From contig NC_083232.1 in assembly GCF_032191835.1 (NCBI RefSeq), positions 97,154,001 through 97,209,226 of the forward strand: a DNA stretch of 55,226 nucleotides, read 5' to 3'. The stretch is from Heteronotia binoei (lineage: Eukaryota). The first letter of the stretch is position 1. Each line of letters starts with the position of its first letter. The position numbers and the translations under genes were made by a program. The notes under the pieces are model-generated. The model was not told the DNA's origin. It saw only the letters and a list, made by a program, of their open reading frames with translations, and ran no database searches. Positions 10,582 to 24,800 of this stretch are shown in pieces.

Positions 10582-11519
10582 AGGGTTGCCAACTCTGTAA
10601 TAGTAAGTTCTTGGAGATTTGGGGATGGGGCTTAAGTAGGGGAGGGGAGATTAGTGGCTAGGGCTGCCCAGCTCCGGGCAGTGGTTGGGAGATCTCCTGG
10701 GATTACAACCGATCTTGAGGCAACAGAGATCAGTTCTGCTGGAGAAAATAGACACTTTGTAAAGTGAACTCAGTGGCATTATACCCTATGGAAGTCTGTC
10801 CTTTCCCCAAACCCTGCCCCGCTCCCAGATCTCCAGGTAGGGTTGCCAAGTCCAATTGAAGAAATATCTGGGGACTTTGGGGTGCAGCCAGAAGATTTTG
10901 GGGGGTGGAGCCAGGAGCAAGGTTGTGACAAGCATAATTGAACCCCAAAGGGAGTTCTGGCCATCACATTTAAAGGGACTGCACACCTTTTAAATGCCTT
11001 CCCTCCATTGGAAATAATGAAGGATGGGGCCACCTTCTTTTGGGGCTCATAGAATTGGACCCCCTGGTCCAACCTTTTTGAAACCTGGAGGGTATTGTGG
11101 GGAGAAACACTGGATGCTATGCTGAAAATTTGGTGCCTCTATCTCAAAAACCAGCTTCCCCCCAAGCCCCAGATACCCACATATCAATTCTCTATTATAC
11201 CCTATGGGCATCAGTCTCCATAGGGAATAATAGAGTGCCCAGCAGACATTTCCCTCCCCTGCTTTCTGATGACCTTGAAGCAAGGGGAGAGGCCCCAAAC
11301 TGGAGGATCTCCTGCCCCCACCTGGGGATTGGCAACCCTATCTCCAGATATTTTTCAGCCTGGAGCTGGCAACCCTAGGAGTGATGCTCAGCAGGTTATA
11401 ATGCCATAGAGTCCACTTTCCAAAGGAGCCATTTTCTCTGTGGGAACTGATCTCTGTTACCTGGAGACCAGTTGTAATTCTGGGAGATCGCCAGGTCCCA
11501 GCCGGAGGTTGGCAACCCC
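10582..11519. mobile_element. Three nested hAT-type MITEs (outer 10582-11519, middle 10659-11377, inner 10838-11340)
   Basis: Three pairs of AGGG(T/C)TGCC...GGCAACCC termini. The inner copy is the same family as 9687-10196 and has TSD TCTCCAG(G/A). Confidence 0.75.
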
Positions 11520-14500
11520 AGGCCCATGGCGTCTTCCAAGGCAGTGCCCTGCTCATCGTGTCCAGCGGCCTGGCCTGCTGAATGGTGTCAACCTCCTATT
11601 TTTGTAATCCCAGCAGGCAGCAGAAACAAGAGACATGTCTAGTGCCTCTCGGACTGCTGGTTCTGGGTGGGTGGGGAGGGCTCACGAGTTGTCCAGGCCA
11701 GTCTGTTTTAGGACAGAGGAGCGAGAAAACACAGCTGAGGGTGTATGCACACGTGTGTCTGTGTGAGGGAAAGAGAACAAGGTGCTGGTGAGAGATTAAA
11801 TTACGACCTTCTGATTTGAAGGGTTTCATTATTTCTTCCCTGCGTAAGGTCATCATCACAGGCGACGGTTGTCTGTCTCAGGAACAGTGACAAGCAGACT
11901 TTTCGGAAAAGGATCATGTGTGAGGAGAAGGGTTGTCAGTCTCCAGGTGGTACCTGGAGAGCTCCCAGCATTACAACCGGTCCCCAGGTAACAGAAGAGA
12001 AAATGGCTGCTTTGGAAGGTGAGCGCTATGGCAGGTTACCCCACTGAGGTCCCTCCCCTCTCGAGACCACCCCCCAAATCACAAGATGCTTCTTAACCCA
12101 AAGATGACAGCCCTCGCAAGCAGGGTGTTCTATTTCGTTTCTAAAATCCTTCTTATATGTGGGAGATTTAGAGCAACTTAACAAAACAACCAGTGCCGTT
12201 TGTTACAGAAGTACAGCCAGTAACTGCCCAAGGGCCATAGAGAGATCATGAGAGAGAACTCTCCCCAACTCCCTCATTTCCCTCACAGACGTCACTCGCT
12301 GGCCTCACTGGGTGCCCAGTTCTGTGTTGGAGGTTTTGGGGGTGGGGCCTGAGGATGGTGATGTTTGGGGAGAGGAGGGGCCTCAGCAGGGTATAACACC
12401 CCAGACTCCACCCTCCAAAGCAGCCATTTTCTCCAGGGGAACTGACCTTTATTTTTAATGTATTTTATTAATTATTTTATTCTATTTTTAGCCCGCCCTT
12501 CCCGTAGAAAAGGCTCAGGGTGGGTTGCATCATAAAAACAGTCAACAGTAAAAGCAGTAAAAGACCAATTTAAAATATACAAAATCTAAAATTACAAAGA
12601 CTAAGATGGCAGATTCGTAATCTGGAGATCACTTGTCATTCCATGAGAATTCCAGGTTCCACCTGGAGGCTGGCAACCCTACCGGACTGAAAAGTCTTCC
12701 CCCTCTAATCCATTTAAATAGGCCCCGTTTTGTTTTCAGGCACAAGAAGTTGCAACAGGGTCTCCACTGGGGGGGAAAGGTAGGTGTATAAATGAGGTAG
12801 ATTGATTAAAATAAATTAGACAGCAGTTATGCCCACAAGGGTGGGGCAGACGGGTGTCATGTTAGTGTGCCACCCATGAATTCCACTGGCGGAAAGATTA
12901 CTCTGTTCAGACAGCCAAGAGACTAAGAAGGAAAACAAAATGGCCATTCTTTCTTCTGTTTTTGTTCGGGGGGGGGGGGTCTAGTTTGGAATCTTGACAG
13001 CCCCAGCAAAATGGATGTGTCAGGCTAGTAGTCCCAAACGCCACATTCTTTCTCAGTTAGTCACCCAAAGACATTTACGTCTGAACGCCCCTGAGGATCC
13101 AGCGTGCCAATTCATCTTATCGCCCACCAAGTGATTCATAAATATAAAAATAGGTCCACTAAAATACTTAAGTAGCGGTAATCTGAACCGAACTCCCACA
13201 ACAAAACGAGATCAAAAAATTAACACGTTGCGCCTCCGGCCGAGGGGGATTTTTTTTTTGCTTATTCATGGTAGAAAGCCACATTTTGCAATGCCAGTTC
13301 CTTTGCTAAAAAGCCCTGACACCGTGCAAGTCGGGGTCCTCAACTGCGATGTAGAAGAGCGAGATGATGCCAAGAAGGAAAGCTTCTCTTTGCTGTGGGA
13401 AGATCTGACTCTGGAAGAGAGACGGCAGGAGAGGTACAAGCCCAGCACTCTCATTTATCTGGGTGGGGTGGGTTTTTTTCAAAATTATTTTTGCAGTAGA
13501 TTTTATAACATTTGAATAGGATTTATCGTCGTTTTAGATTTGTTTTAGTTTGTGCTGAGGCCCAACTGAGCCCAGTTAAAAGAACGATAGTGAAAGAGAG
13601 ACGATTGAGAAATACTCATTGTTCCTTTCAATGGTTGTCCATGATTTAGGGGAATGATTTTATAGCTCAGAATTTTAGAGATGGCTTGATTAAGATTTCT
13701 CAGACTGACAAGAAGTTCGATTTCAGGTGGGTCTGAAGCAATCAGAGTTTGAGTCCAGGGACACCTTTAGGACCGATGTAGTTTCATCCTGGGCATAAGC
13801 TTTTGAATTAAACTTTGTCGGTCTTTGTTGGTCACTGGACTCAAAATTTTGTCCTATGACAAGAAGTTACTTTGCTGTGCTTGGCTACCGTGAAAAAAGA
13901 AAATTGTCCATTAAGTTATTCTACAGATCTGAAGAAACCCGTAATAGGCATGGAACAATTAAACTCTGTGTGAATCAGCAGGTACTTTAGTGCGTGTGTG
14001 TTGGAAAGTGGTTTCTCTAGACCCTCGTCTTTGTGATGCTTCTTTCATCCAGACAAATCAATGCATTTGTCTGCTACTGCTGTTTCAAAAGCATGTGTTG
14101 GGAGCCAAGTTCCAGAGGGTAGCTGTGTTGACCTGTAGCAGAAGAGCTAGATTGGAGTCCAGTACATCTACAAGACCAAAAAGACGTAGGGGCGGGGGGG
14201 AGAAATAAACTTTTGAGAATCAAAGCTCTCTTTGTCAGGTACGTGCAACAAAAGAAGCTTTGACTCTCAAAAGTTCATATCCTGAAAATTTTGTTGGTAT
14301 TTGGGTGTCATTTCGACCACTGGTGGCACACCTGTGCTGGTGGCCTGGAGGATATTCAGGGAGGTGGCTGAATAAAACCTCCCCCGCCTCCTGACTGCTG
14401 GTATTCCAAGCAGGTCTCCCTTCCAAGTATTTGCCAGCATCAACCCTGTTTAGCTTCCAAGATCTAATGAGATCGGACTTGCCTGGGCTATCTGGGTCAG

Positions 14501-15258
14501 GGCTAACCTTGTTGGTTTCTGAGGAATTGAACTTGGGCTCTCAAAAGCTCATACCCCCAAAATCTTATCCATCTCTTAGGTGCTGGTGGGCTTGAATCTA
14601 GCTGTTAAAGAGCAAAATGACTTCAAGAGAACCATCAAATAAACAGGTGATCAGGTTTTCATAAGCTGAGATGCCATTAGTACTCTGCTTCGATTGGTTT
14701 GTGGTAGGAAGTGCTGTAAAGTCACAGCTGACCCTGAGGGGTTTCCAAGGCAAGAGCCCTTTGGAGGTGATTCGCCATTGCCTGCTTCTGTGTTGCAACC
14801 CTGGTATTCCTTGGAGGTCTCCCTCGCCTGGGCCAACCCTACCTAGCTTCTGAGAACTGAGATTGCTTTAGTAGAAAATTTTTTAAAATAGGGATCAAAA
14901 TAATCATGCAGCATTGCTTAAGCATGAGAAGAGATCAAGCAGATCGAGATGTGTTTCCAGATAGTGTAATATATATTGCTAACAAGGCCAGGGTCTGAAT
15001 GGATCTTAATTTGTAGGGAAAAGACAATTTCTACATTGTTGTTCTGTAGATAAAAGATTGTTGCCTACAACTAAGTCACACCCTTGTTTAAGGTGGGTTC
15101 CATACCAGGACCATATTTTGACATGGAAGAGAGAAGACAGATGAGAGAAAAGGGGAGAGAGTCAAGAGATTGAGAGGAAAAGTAAAAATAATATAGAAAA
15201 TAAATCAAAAGTTGGCTCCTTGTTGCAGATTCTGATTTTAACTTCCATCAGTCTATAG

Positions 15259-15394
15259 CAGGGGTGGCCAATGGTGGCTCTCCAGATGTTTTTTGCTTAC
15301 AACTCCCATCAGCCCCAGCCAGCATGGCCAATGGCTGGGGCTGATGGGAGTTGTAGGCAAAAAACATCTGGAGAGCTACCATTGGCCACCCCTG
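15259..15394. mobile_element. Palindromic hAT-type MITE (136 bp)
   Basis: CAGGGGTGGCCAA...TTGGCCACCCCTG. The whole element is an inverted repeat. Same family as 47418-47554. Confidence 0.85.
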
Positions 15395-18300
15395 GATAGA
15401 GATTCCAGAAGGGGATTTATTTGCTGCAGCCAACATGATAAAGTCTTGTGGCACTGTAAAGATTTGCCGATTTATTGTGGCACAAGCATTTGTGAGCTTC
15501 TAAAGAATGCTTAAATTAATGCATTCAGGTGGTACAGAGAGATATAACAAAACCTACAAACAGCAGAAGCAGGTCCGGCTTACCCATTAGGCAAACCAGG
15601 CATTTGCCTAGGGCACCAGGGGAGGGGGCACTGAACTGGGCTCTACCCCCCTCCTGGTACCCAAGACAAATGCCTAATTCCTCCCTCTGTTACCACTTGC
15701 CCCTCCCTCGCTTCCCTAGTGCCGTGCTCTGCTGCCTGCTACCACCACCACCACCCCCGGTGTGCTCAGAGGAGCACCACTAGGCTCGGCCCATCCTACT
15801 TCGATGCAGGCATCTGAGCGTTCTCTCTTAAGACAGCGCCAGAGGAGGCTTCACTCTTCCTCCCTTCCAGTTCCGGAAAGGAGGGGGAAGTGAAGCATCC
15901 TCCAGCGTTCTCTTAAGAGAGAATGCTCAGATGCCCAGACCATGTCAAAGTGGGCAGGGCTCCTCTGAGTTCACTGTGGGGGGGGGGGGGCGACAGCGAG
16001 CATGGTGCCATGTTGCAGAGCTGTGGAAGGAGGGAGGGGCGGCAGTGGGGCAGCCCGACCTGGGGTGCATGTGCACATAGGGCCCCCGGGGGCACGGGGC
16101 AGTGGGCAATGAATCTACCTGAGGGGCCACGCGCCCCAGGGCTAGCTCTTAGCAGAAGGGTGCATGTGGGAATGGGGTGTTGGGTTCTGGCTCTTTTCAC
16201 GTTGTGAAAATACATTCCATTAGCTTAGTGTGAGTTTACATTTTCTACAGGACCACACTGCTGGAGTGGAACAGTGCCTGTCGTGAGAGGTATGAAACAC
16301 AGCATCAAGACACTTTCCTTGTACAGCGATCTCCTACAATGAAGATACAAATGGGAAGGCCTGGGAAAAAATTGAAAATGTATCACCTTCCCTACAAGAA
16401 TGTGCTCCCAGTACCTTTGTTTATACCGAGCAAACTACCGAGTAAGCATCAGTACGCACCCCAAGAACGCAAGTTCAGAACCGAAATCTTTGTGAATACC
16501 CCCACTGCCAGGGAAAGAAAGGTCTAATGGACCACAAGGGCTCTTCAGACCCCCAAACCAAGTTTTCAGAGTTCCAGCCTTCTAACTCAAAGAAAGGCTT
16601 GGGCCCAGCATTGCCCTGATTAGCAGCACACCATAGCTAGGATGTACTTGGGACATATTTAGGGTGGGTAGCTTTAAATGTTTTGTCAGGGTAGGCTGCT
16701 CCAATGAAGCTGTTTCAGAATGAAATTATCCCAACTTCAAATGATTTCTCCGCGAGTCTCTCTCTGGTGCCTGCCCGGCAACTAGTCACAGCAAATCGTG
16801 GTTTTGGAACTGGATGGGAAAGTTTGACTCCGGGCACATTCAAACTGCACCCAGTGCATTCCATGAGAACCTTGCCATGCAGACCATTCAGAACAATAAG
16901 TAGTATAAACTTCCTTTGCCAGGATCCAAATATTCTGGAAGGGAGGAAGAGGTTTTGCGTTCAGATTCCATGAGGATCTAGCTCCATGTTCTCCTGCCAA
17001 CCCTAAACCAGCGGATTCATTTAATTTGAATTAATTTAGAAATCACAGTCTTCAGTTTGTATTCAAGAATATTCTGTACCTAGAAAAAGTAGAATTTTCT
17101 TCAGTCATCGCAGCTGAGTAAGCGTGGCGAGATGATGAAATCAACACCACTTATGATTATGATCTAAAAACAGAAACGTTACAGTATGCCAAAAACAGGC
17201 AAGGGGGTCCAAATTGCTTATGAACAATTATCTGTTAGTTATTCAAAACATTTATTAGCTACCTTTCTCCCTTGCAGAACTCAAGGCTGTTTATGAGATA
17301 AATGAAACTGTGAAAATATATTAAAACAAAATGAATAAAACAGTCATGAAAAAAACCATGTAAAAGGTCACGATTTAAAAACTCTAATTAGGGCTGCCAA
17401 TAAATAAAAATAAAGCAGTCCAATGCAGGCCTAAGTAAAGTGGTCTTCAAGGAGGGGCCCCGGCACACCTCTCTGGGGAGGTGGTTCCATAGCTGTAAAG
17501 GTTAAACCAATCCAAGAAGACTCTTCGGGGTGACAGAGAATGAAGATGTGGCCAAGGAAACGAATGTTGTTAGGAGCTCCATTACATTAAGTGGTTGATA
17601 TAAATGACAGAAGTTTCCAGGCTGCTCAGGTTTACACGAGGGACTGTCTGGTGCCTGAGCTGCTCCAGAAGTCTGGTTCTGTGCCCATCGTGCCTCAGAG
17701 ACCTTGGGGATATTTAGTGCCTTGCAAACATCATTATTCTACAGCACCATCTTTTAAGACATGACATATCTTGCAAATAGCATTGCAGGGTCCAGAATCA
17801 CAACCCTTCTGACCTGCTCAGTGACACCGCCTCAGAATCCCGAGGGGTCAGTGACTGCAGGGGCCTGGACTGACCTGGCACAGTGCAGAAAGAACCACCC
17901 ATGCTCAATGCCTCCTCGGTGCCAGGGGCCGCATTGCCCAACCCTATCGGGAAGCCTCACCACCAGCTTCAGAAATATTTACTGAGCCTCCACCGGGCAG
18001 GATTCCAGCCCTGTAGTCACCCAGGACCCTCTCCCAGTATGTGGGAAGGTTGGCGGCAGAAGGCCTGGGCAAAATGGCACAGAGGAGGTGGAGTTCCAGG
18101 CTGCATGCGCACACCCGGATAGAGCTAGAGAGCTGAAGGTGATTCCTTGCCCGATCCTGGCCTTCTCAGGAATTTCAGAACCTGTGGGCAATGAAGCTGG
18201 GCCCAGTGATGTCCCAGTCTACTGAAGCCGATGCCTGGAAAGACAACCTTGCTGGATGGCCACTTCACAAGGCTCAGCCCTTGCCTGCTGGAGCCAGCTC

Positions 18301-18875
18301 CAAACCCTGCTTCATGATCGTCTGCAGGCAAGTCCCTCCTCTTGAGTAAACCCAGAGAACCTTGAGCCCTGAGCACACCTGGTACAGAAGTGACAGAAGA
18401 TACTGTGATCTGCTATTTTACAGAAGCCTGAAAATGGATATATCATGCCTTGCGGCAAAGGTTCCCAAACCACGGATCAGAACCCAAAAGTGGACTGCAG
18501 TTCTCATGTACGTGGATCATGAAGCCAGAAGGGAAGAGGAAGAGATAGGGTGATCTAGAAGTGTGGGAGGTGTAAGGGCAAATTTCAGTTTGCTTGCATT
18601 ATAGCCATAAAATACAGCTTTTTTTGCACAGTAATTATATATATGTAGAAATACGAAGCATGAAAAACAGAATCTAAATTTGGTTCAGGGTTAACTGGTG
18701 TGAGATTCTTGCATTTTATGTGAAGGAGGGGGAAGTAACGTGGATGTGCTTGAAGGTTCAGTTTGGAAGTAGAATCCACTTCAACGTTTTAAGTCCACTG
18801 CGTGATAGAATGCAGAGCAAGTGAAGAGAGAGGCCCAAAATGTGGAAAGAGTGTGGGTGACAAAGTTGGATAAAA

Positions 18876-19407
18876 GAGAGCCAGTTTAGTGTAGTGGTTA
18901 AGTGCGTGGACTCTTATCTGGGAGAACGGGGTTTGATTCCCCACTTCTTCACATGCACCTGCTGAGGTGACCTTGGGTCAGCCAAAAGTTCTCTTCAAGG
19001 CTGTTCTGGGAGAGCCCTCTCAGCTCCACCCACCTCACAGGGTATCTGTTGTGGGGAAGAGAAGGGAAAGGAGATTCGTAAGCTGCTGAGACTCCTTTGG
19101 CTAGCTAAGGGTGTGGTATAAATCCAATCTCTTCTCTTGAGATCCAGTTTGGTATAGTGGTTAAGTGTGCAGACTCTTATCTGCAATAACCAGGTTTGAT
19201 TCCCCACTCCTCCACGTGCACCTGCTGGAATAGCCTTGGGTCAGCCATAGCTCTCGCAGGAGTTGTCCTTGAAGGGACAGCTTCTGTGAGAGCTCTCTCA
19301 GCCCCACCCACCTCACAGGTTATCTGTTGTTGGGGAGGAAGGTAAAGGAGATTGTGATCACTCTGAGACTCAGAGTGAAGTGGAATATAAACCCAATATC
19401 TTCTTCT
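18876..19407 (+). mobile_element. Two head-to-tail Squam3-like SINEs (18876-19138, 19139-19407)
   Basis: Two complete head-to-tail units. Confidence 0.85.
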
Positions 19408-20637
19408 AAAAAGAGGGAGGTGAAGAAGGTCCAGAGAGAGAGAAGGAAGGGTGAGAGAGAGCAGGTGAGCACCAACAATGACGAAAAGGAGACAGAAAAT
19501 GGACGGCATCTTCAGGGCTGTGGTTGAAGGACTGAAAGAATAATCCTAAAACAAGATGTTGGGAACAGAAGTGATGTGGGGTTTTAGGGTTTTTTTGAGT
19601 TCATAATAATTGAAGTGACTTCTTGTTGTTTCTGTTATGTTACAGAGTAATGGGAAGGGAGAAATAAATAAATAACAGCCTGATTCACTGCCAGCCGGCC
19701 TCACCTCTTTTGTGGCTGACTGAGCCCCCAGGTATTGCAGGCGCTCTGGTTGTAAATGATATTTATTGTCCATCAGGAGGGGGTAGACAGTCTGCCCTCA
19801 GGGAATTGGAAAGTCCAGCACACATCAGGATGCTTGGGGGGGGGGGGGTGGAGATAGCCAAGTAACCCTGACCCTGCTTCTGCTGGTGGGAGCCAAACTG
19901 AAGTATGAACTAAGAAGTATGGATTGGAGATGATCTACAAAGATGCTTTCTAATATTTTCACCCCCCGAACTGTCAATGGTTGTTCCCCTCCATGAGTTG
20001 GTAGGATTAATAAAAGATGTGGTTCTCACATTGCATTTGTCTGAAGTGCTGCAGGATGGATCTGCCACATTTACCATCTTGCTGTAGCCCCTGCGTTCCT
20101 CAGATGTCCAAACACAGATACTGATAAAGGCCAATGATGCACTGGCATTTCCCCTCATTTTTATTGTGCACGTCCATCGGGTTTTCTTTTTTGTTCTGCT
20201 TTGATTTTCTTCCTTTTAGTGTTCACTTCACTTTCTAGTTGCCGTTTCCTCGAGTTTTCTGAGAGTGTTTTTGTGCAGATTTTCCCCTTGTTTTGCTTCC
20301 AAGCTGAAGGAGAAGCATACGGATTCCCTTGGATCCCCCCTCCACCCTTTTGCTGCCCCTCAAAGGTCACTCCCTGGCCCACATTGAGGTCATTCTGCCC
20401 ACTCAGCACTTTCCACCATCCTCCCTCCTTCATCAGTGTACAAGCTCCATTGATTACTTTCCTCATCTTGAATTTTTAATTTTTTTCTAACAAGCGGCAT
20501 GAGTCTAGTGATATGAGACTATCACTAGTTTTTGATTGCAGAATTTAAAAAAAAAAACCAACAATGGGGGAGAAGTGTAAAAGGAGCTGGGCAAGGTTTA
20601 GTTCCCTGCTGGTATTGACTTGAAAGAGGGATTGGAG

Positions 20638-20927
20638 AGAAGATGATGAAGAAGAGATTGGATTTATATCCCGCCCTATACTGTGAATCCCAGAGTCTCA
20701 GAGCGGTCACAATCTCCTTTACCTCCCCCCCACCCCCGCAACAGACACCCTGTGAGATATGTGGGGCTGAGAGAGCTCTCCAAGAAGCTGCCCTTTCAAG
20801 GACAACATAGCTTTCAAGGAGAGCTATGGCTGACCCAAGGCCATTCCAGCAGCTGCAAGTGGAGAAGTGGGCAATCAAACCCGGTTCTCCCAGATAAGAG
20901 TCCACACACTTTACCACTACACCAAAC
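20638..20927 (-). mobile_element. Squam3-like SINE
   Basis: Reverse-complement family match. Confidence 0.85.
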
Positions 20928-21237
20928 AGGCAAATGGCAGCATCCTCAGTGCCAAAAAAGGGGGGGATTTCACTGCTGCATGCGGACAAAATAAAGTGTG
21001 TGGACAAAATTCGTCAGCATGGAATGAATTGACATGGGATGTAAAGAGGGGTGGGGGCACTGGGATGAAAAGCCTAAAATTTTGGAAACATTTTTCCTTT
21101 AATGCTTTAGTAAACAAAGGGGTTTTTTTTTGGGGGGGGGGGGGAGGGGAGAACCATTTTGGCAGTCTCTGGAAGTCTAACATTAAAATGGTGGCTGAGC
21201 CTCACGGACTTTCTGCAAACCGATCAACTTAAGAATC

Positions 21238-21821
21238 TGTCACGGGCTGGGGCCGGGTCAGGCAAAGTCCAGGGGCAGTCCAAGGTCTGTAGCCGGTGAG
21301 CAAAGAGGGTCCAAGGCGCCAAAACCAAATCACAGTCCAGGCATCGCAGGTCAGAGGTTCAGAAGCCAAAGTCAGGGGGTCCAGAAGTCAATGCCAGAGT
21401 CAGGGAGTCCAGAAGCCGAAGTGGATGCTAGAACGTCAGGTAAGTGACTAGTTGCTTCCACAAAGCCTCCTCCCAAAGCCCACAGCTATATAGCCCTCTG
21501 CTGTCTGTTGCCCATTTGGGCTAATTGCTGGCTCAGAGAGGCAGCCAGGATCCTGCTGAGACTCAAGCACCCTCACTCCTAGAAGGGCCAGAATCCTTTC
21601 AAAACTCAGGGCTCAGGGAGCGTCTTGCTTGTGAGCATGCCGCCCTCCTCCGATCCCTGAGGTCCTGACGGAGGCGGTCACGCACACGAGCCACCTGAGA
21701 GGGCGAAGCAGGGGGGCTTGGATCTTCTCCAGCAGGAGGCAGGGGCACTGGTGCAGGTGGCAGGGGCACAGTTTCTTCTGCAGGCTCAGCTTCTTCTGCA
21801 GGGTCCCCAGCACCCATGACA
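21238..21821. mobile_element. Solo LTR (584 bp)
   Basis: TGTCA...TGACA inverted ends, perfect 5-bp TSD GAATC (21233-21237, 21822-21826), internal TATATA. Confidence 0.85.
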
Positions 21822-24800
21822 GAATCACTTGGGGATCGATCCATTTGGAGGAAAGAGCGCAGTTGGCACAGGAGAGGCTTACAAAAACTGCCCACATCAC
21901 GACCAGTGGGCAGGATCAAATTAAAGAATCACGAAGAAAAAACCCATGCAGATTTGCAAAGAAAGGCAGGAGATGAGTATCACTGCGCAGCTGCTCTACG
22001 GCATTGGCCAGAGTTCCTTTATTTTCAACAAGACTAAAAAAGCTCTCGAGAGCGTCTGCCAGAGGACTCCTCATAAACTGCGGCACTGTGCAAAAACGTG
22101 GTGGAGTTGCAGCCAACTTTGCACAGGCGTGTGCATGCATGCACACATGCTATTTAAGCGAAAGCAGGAAAGGAGTTGTTAGGGAAAAAGTAAATTTCAT
22201 CATGAATCTCTCTGTGTGGGGAAAAGGAGGTAGAAAGCTAAGGTGTGAATCCATCTCCCGTATCTTCTCACTTTGAACCCTGCACGTCTGAAACAAAATT
22301 AGCAGCTACAAATAACAGACAATGAGAAATCATAGAGTTGGAAGGGACCTCCAGAGTCATCTAGTCCAACCCCCTGCACAATGCAGGAAACCCTCAAACA
22401 CTTCCCCCTAAATTCACAGGATCTTCATTGCTGTCGGATGGCCATCTAGCCTCTGTTTGAAAACCTCCAAGGAAGGAGAGCCCACCACCTCCTGAGGAAG
22501 CCTGTTCCACTGAGGAACCGCTCTACGGTCAGGAAGTTCTTCCTAAAGTTGAGCCGGAAACTCCTTTGATTTCATTTCAACCCATTGGTTCTGGTCCTAC
22601 CTTCCAGGGCCACAGAAAACAATTCCACACCATCCTCTCTGGCAGCCCTTCAAGTACCTGAAGATGGTGATTGTATCCTCTCCAGGATGAACAGCCCCAG
22701 CTCCTTCAACCTTTCCTCATAGGACTTGGTCTCCAGACCCCTCACCATCTTCATCACCCTCCTTTGGACCCATTCCAGCTTGTCTATATCCTTCTTAAAA
22801 TGTGGTGCCCAAAACTGAACACAATACTCCAGATGAGGTCTTACCAGAGCAAAGCGATACCATCACATCATGTGATCTGGACACTATACTTCTGTTGATA
22901 CAGCCCAAAATTGCATTTGCCTTTTTAGCCACCGCATCACACTGTTGACTCATGTTCAGCGTATGATCCACTAAGACCCCTAGATCCTTTTAGCACATAC
23001 TACTGCTAAGACAGGTCTTCCCCATTCTATAACCATGCATTGGATTTTTCCTACCTAAATGCAGAACTTTACATTTATCCCTGTTAAAATTCATTTAATT
23101 GGTTTTAGCCCAGTTTTCCAGCCTGTATCCTGTTTCTCTCTTCTTCTGTGTTTGCAACCCCTCCCAATTTAGTATCATCTGCAAATTTAATAAGCATTCC
23201 CTCTATTCCTTCATCCAAATCACTGATAAAGATGCTGAACAAAACAGGTTCCAGGACAGATTTTTGAGGCACTCCACTTGTCACTCCTCTCCAAGAGGAT
23301 GAGGAACCATTCACAAGCACTCTTTGGGTGCAATCTGTCAACCAGTTACAGATCCACCTAACGGTAACAGGATCCAAACCACATTTTACCAACTTGTCAA
23401 CAAGGATAGTGTGTGGAACCTTATCAAAAGCCTTACTGAAATCAAGATAAACGATGTCTACAGCATTCCCCTGATCCAGCAAGGGAGTCACTTTCTAAAA
23501 AAAAGAGATCAGGTTAGTCTGACATGACTTGTTCTTGAGAAAACCATGCTGGCTCTTAGTAATCACATCCATTCTTTCTAAATGTTCCAGGACCTACTGT
23601 TTGATTTGTTCTAAAACTTTTCCAGGTATAGACATCAAGCTGACGGGTCGGTAGTTACCCAGATCCTCTTTTTTCCGCTTCTTGAAGATGGGGACAACAT
23701 TCGCCCGCTTCCAATCTTCGGGCACCTCTCTTGTTCTCCAAGGATTCTCAAAAATAATAGCCAGAGGCTCAGAAATTATATTCACAAGCTCTTTTAGAAC
23801 CCTTGGATGCAATTCATCTGGCCCTGAGGACTTAGTTTCATTTAAAGAAACTAGGTGTTTATGTACTACCCCTATGCTGATCCTGGGTTGGAACTTCATA
23901 CTCTCCTTATATGTTCTGTTTTTGCCATGTTGAGCACCGTTCCCCTCAGAAGAGAAAACTGAGAAAAAGTAGGAATTGAGCAGTTCTGCCCTCTCTTCAT
24001 TACCCGTTACAATTTCACTTTCTTGCCCTCGCAATGGGCCTACCAAGTCCTTGCTCTTTTTCTTACTCTGAACATAAGAAAAGAACCCTTTTTTGTTGTT
24101 TTTAGCATCTTTGGCCAGCCTAAGCTCATACTGAGCTTTAGCTTTCCTAACCTTTTCTCTACAAGCATTGATTTGTTTACATTCATCCTTGGTTATAAGG
24201 CCCTCCTTCCAATTCCTAAAGGAGTCTTTTTTATTTCTCAAGTCTTTAGACAGCTGTTTATGGAGCCACTTTGGCTTCTTTAGACTTTTTCCATTTTTTC
24301 TTCTCATAGGAATCATCTGTGATTGCGCTTTCAGTATTTCATTTTTAAGAAACTCCCACCCCTCCTGAACCCCCTTCCTCCTAAGTATTTCTGACCATGG
24401 GATTTTACCCAGCATAGTTCTAAGTTTATCGAAGTTTGCCTTTCTGAAATTCAACCCATAAGTCTGGCTACGGATAGCTTTTCCCTTCCCTAAGACTGTA
24501 AATTCCAAAATCACATGGTTACTACTGCCCAGGGTGCCCACTATTTCCACTTCTTCAATCAATTCTTCCTTGTTGATGAGAATCAAATCCAAGATAGCAG
24601 ATCCCTTTGTTTCCTTCTTCACTTTCTGGAAAAGGAAGTTGTTAGCAAGACAAGTCAGGAATCTATTTGACTTTTCATTTTTAGCAGAGTTGGACTTCCA
24701 ACAGATGTCCGGGTAATTGAAATCTCCCATGATCACTGTATTCCTTCTCTTGGAGAATTTTGCAATCTGCTGTAGAAGTATCTCATCCAAGTCCTCTGCC

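Noticed and set aside
16251-16289. Isolated AG...GT exon-like segments (also 12741-12780 + and ~17000-17070 -)
   Set aside because: No recognisable peptide and no consistent multi-exon frame. Such signals are expected by chance.
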